Part shown: one piece after another, positions 63,819 through 64,000 of the stretch | Layout: every line of letters begins with the position of its first letter | Position numbering within the stretch: the first letter of the stretch is position 1 | NCBI GenBank assembly: GCA_973851085.1 | Contig: OZ316776.1 | Coordinates: 13,454,001-13,518,000, forward strand | DNA from: Ptychomitrium polyphyllum | Taxonomy: Eukaryota | DNA: 64,000 nucleotides | Reading direction: 5' to 3' | Made by a program: the position numbers and the translations under genes | The notes under the pieces: generated by a model | Database searches by the model: none | Told to the model about the DNA's origin: nothing | Seen by the model: the letters and a program-made list of their open reading frames with translations, nothing else

Positions 63819-64000
63819 CTGGAAATTTCAGAAAATATTGAGATCTTTGAAAAAAGTTGTTGTGAAGCAAAAAATGAAAAATGTTTGAAAGAAAAGTTTT
63901 TTTTGATTCTCATACCTAATACACAGTAACATGATTGAAATTAATGTAAATATTAACCATTAATCAATTAAAAATATCATGGATTATAAAAAATTAACAT

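Overview
Eukaryotic land-plant nuclear DNA. It is most likely a moss such as Physcomitrium; this is inferred from GT-AG introns, TTTAGGG-type repeats, Tcn1-like chromovirus LTRs and a flagellar central-pair gene. The window has three zones. (1) About 2.4-11 kb: a nest of decayed Ty3/Gypsy LTR retrotransposons, made of one near full-length element inserted into an older LTR and itself interrupted by a solo LTR, plus two further solo LTRs. (2) About 14.6-35.3 kb: a GC-richer gene island with four minus-strand genes (complex I subunit NDUFB10, tRNA m1G37 methyltransferase TRM5, a TET10-like tetraspanin with a U12 intron and several lesions, and the TPR protein HLB1), followed by a 1.4 kb long-inverted-repeat element. 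(3) About 40-64 kb: a very AT-rich, multi-exon SPAG17/PF6-like gene, 5'-truncated by the window edge. The most unusual observations are a palindromic TGATAC..GTATCA motif array shared by the 5' regions of two unrelated genes, the inverted-repeat element, the damaged but possibly splice-rescued tetraspanin, an extended 5' end on the LTR element, and a C-terminal CxxC-x16-CxxC motif on SPAG17. Gene models were assembled by eye and protein identities come from remembered family motifs; no database search was run.
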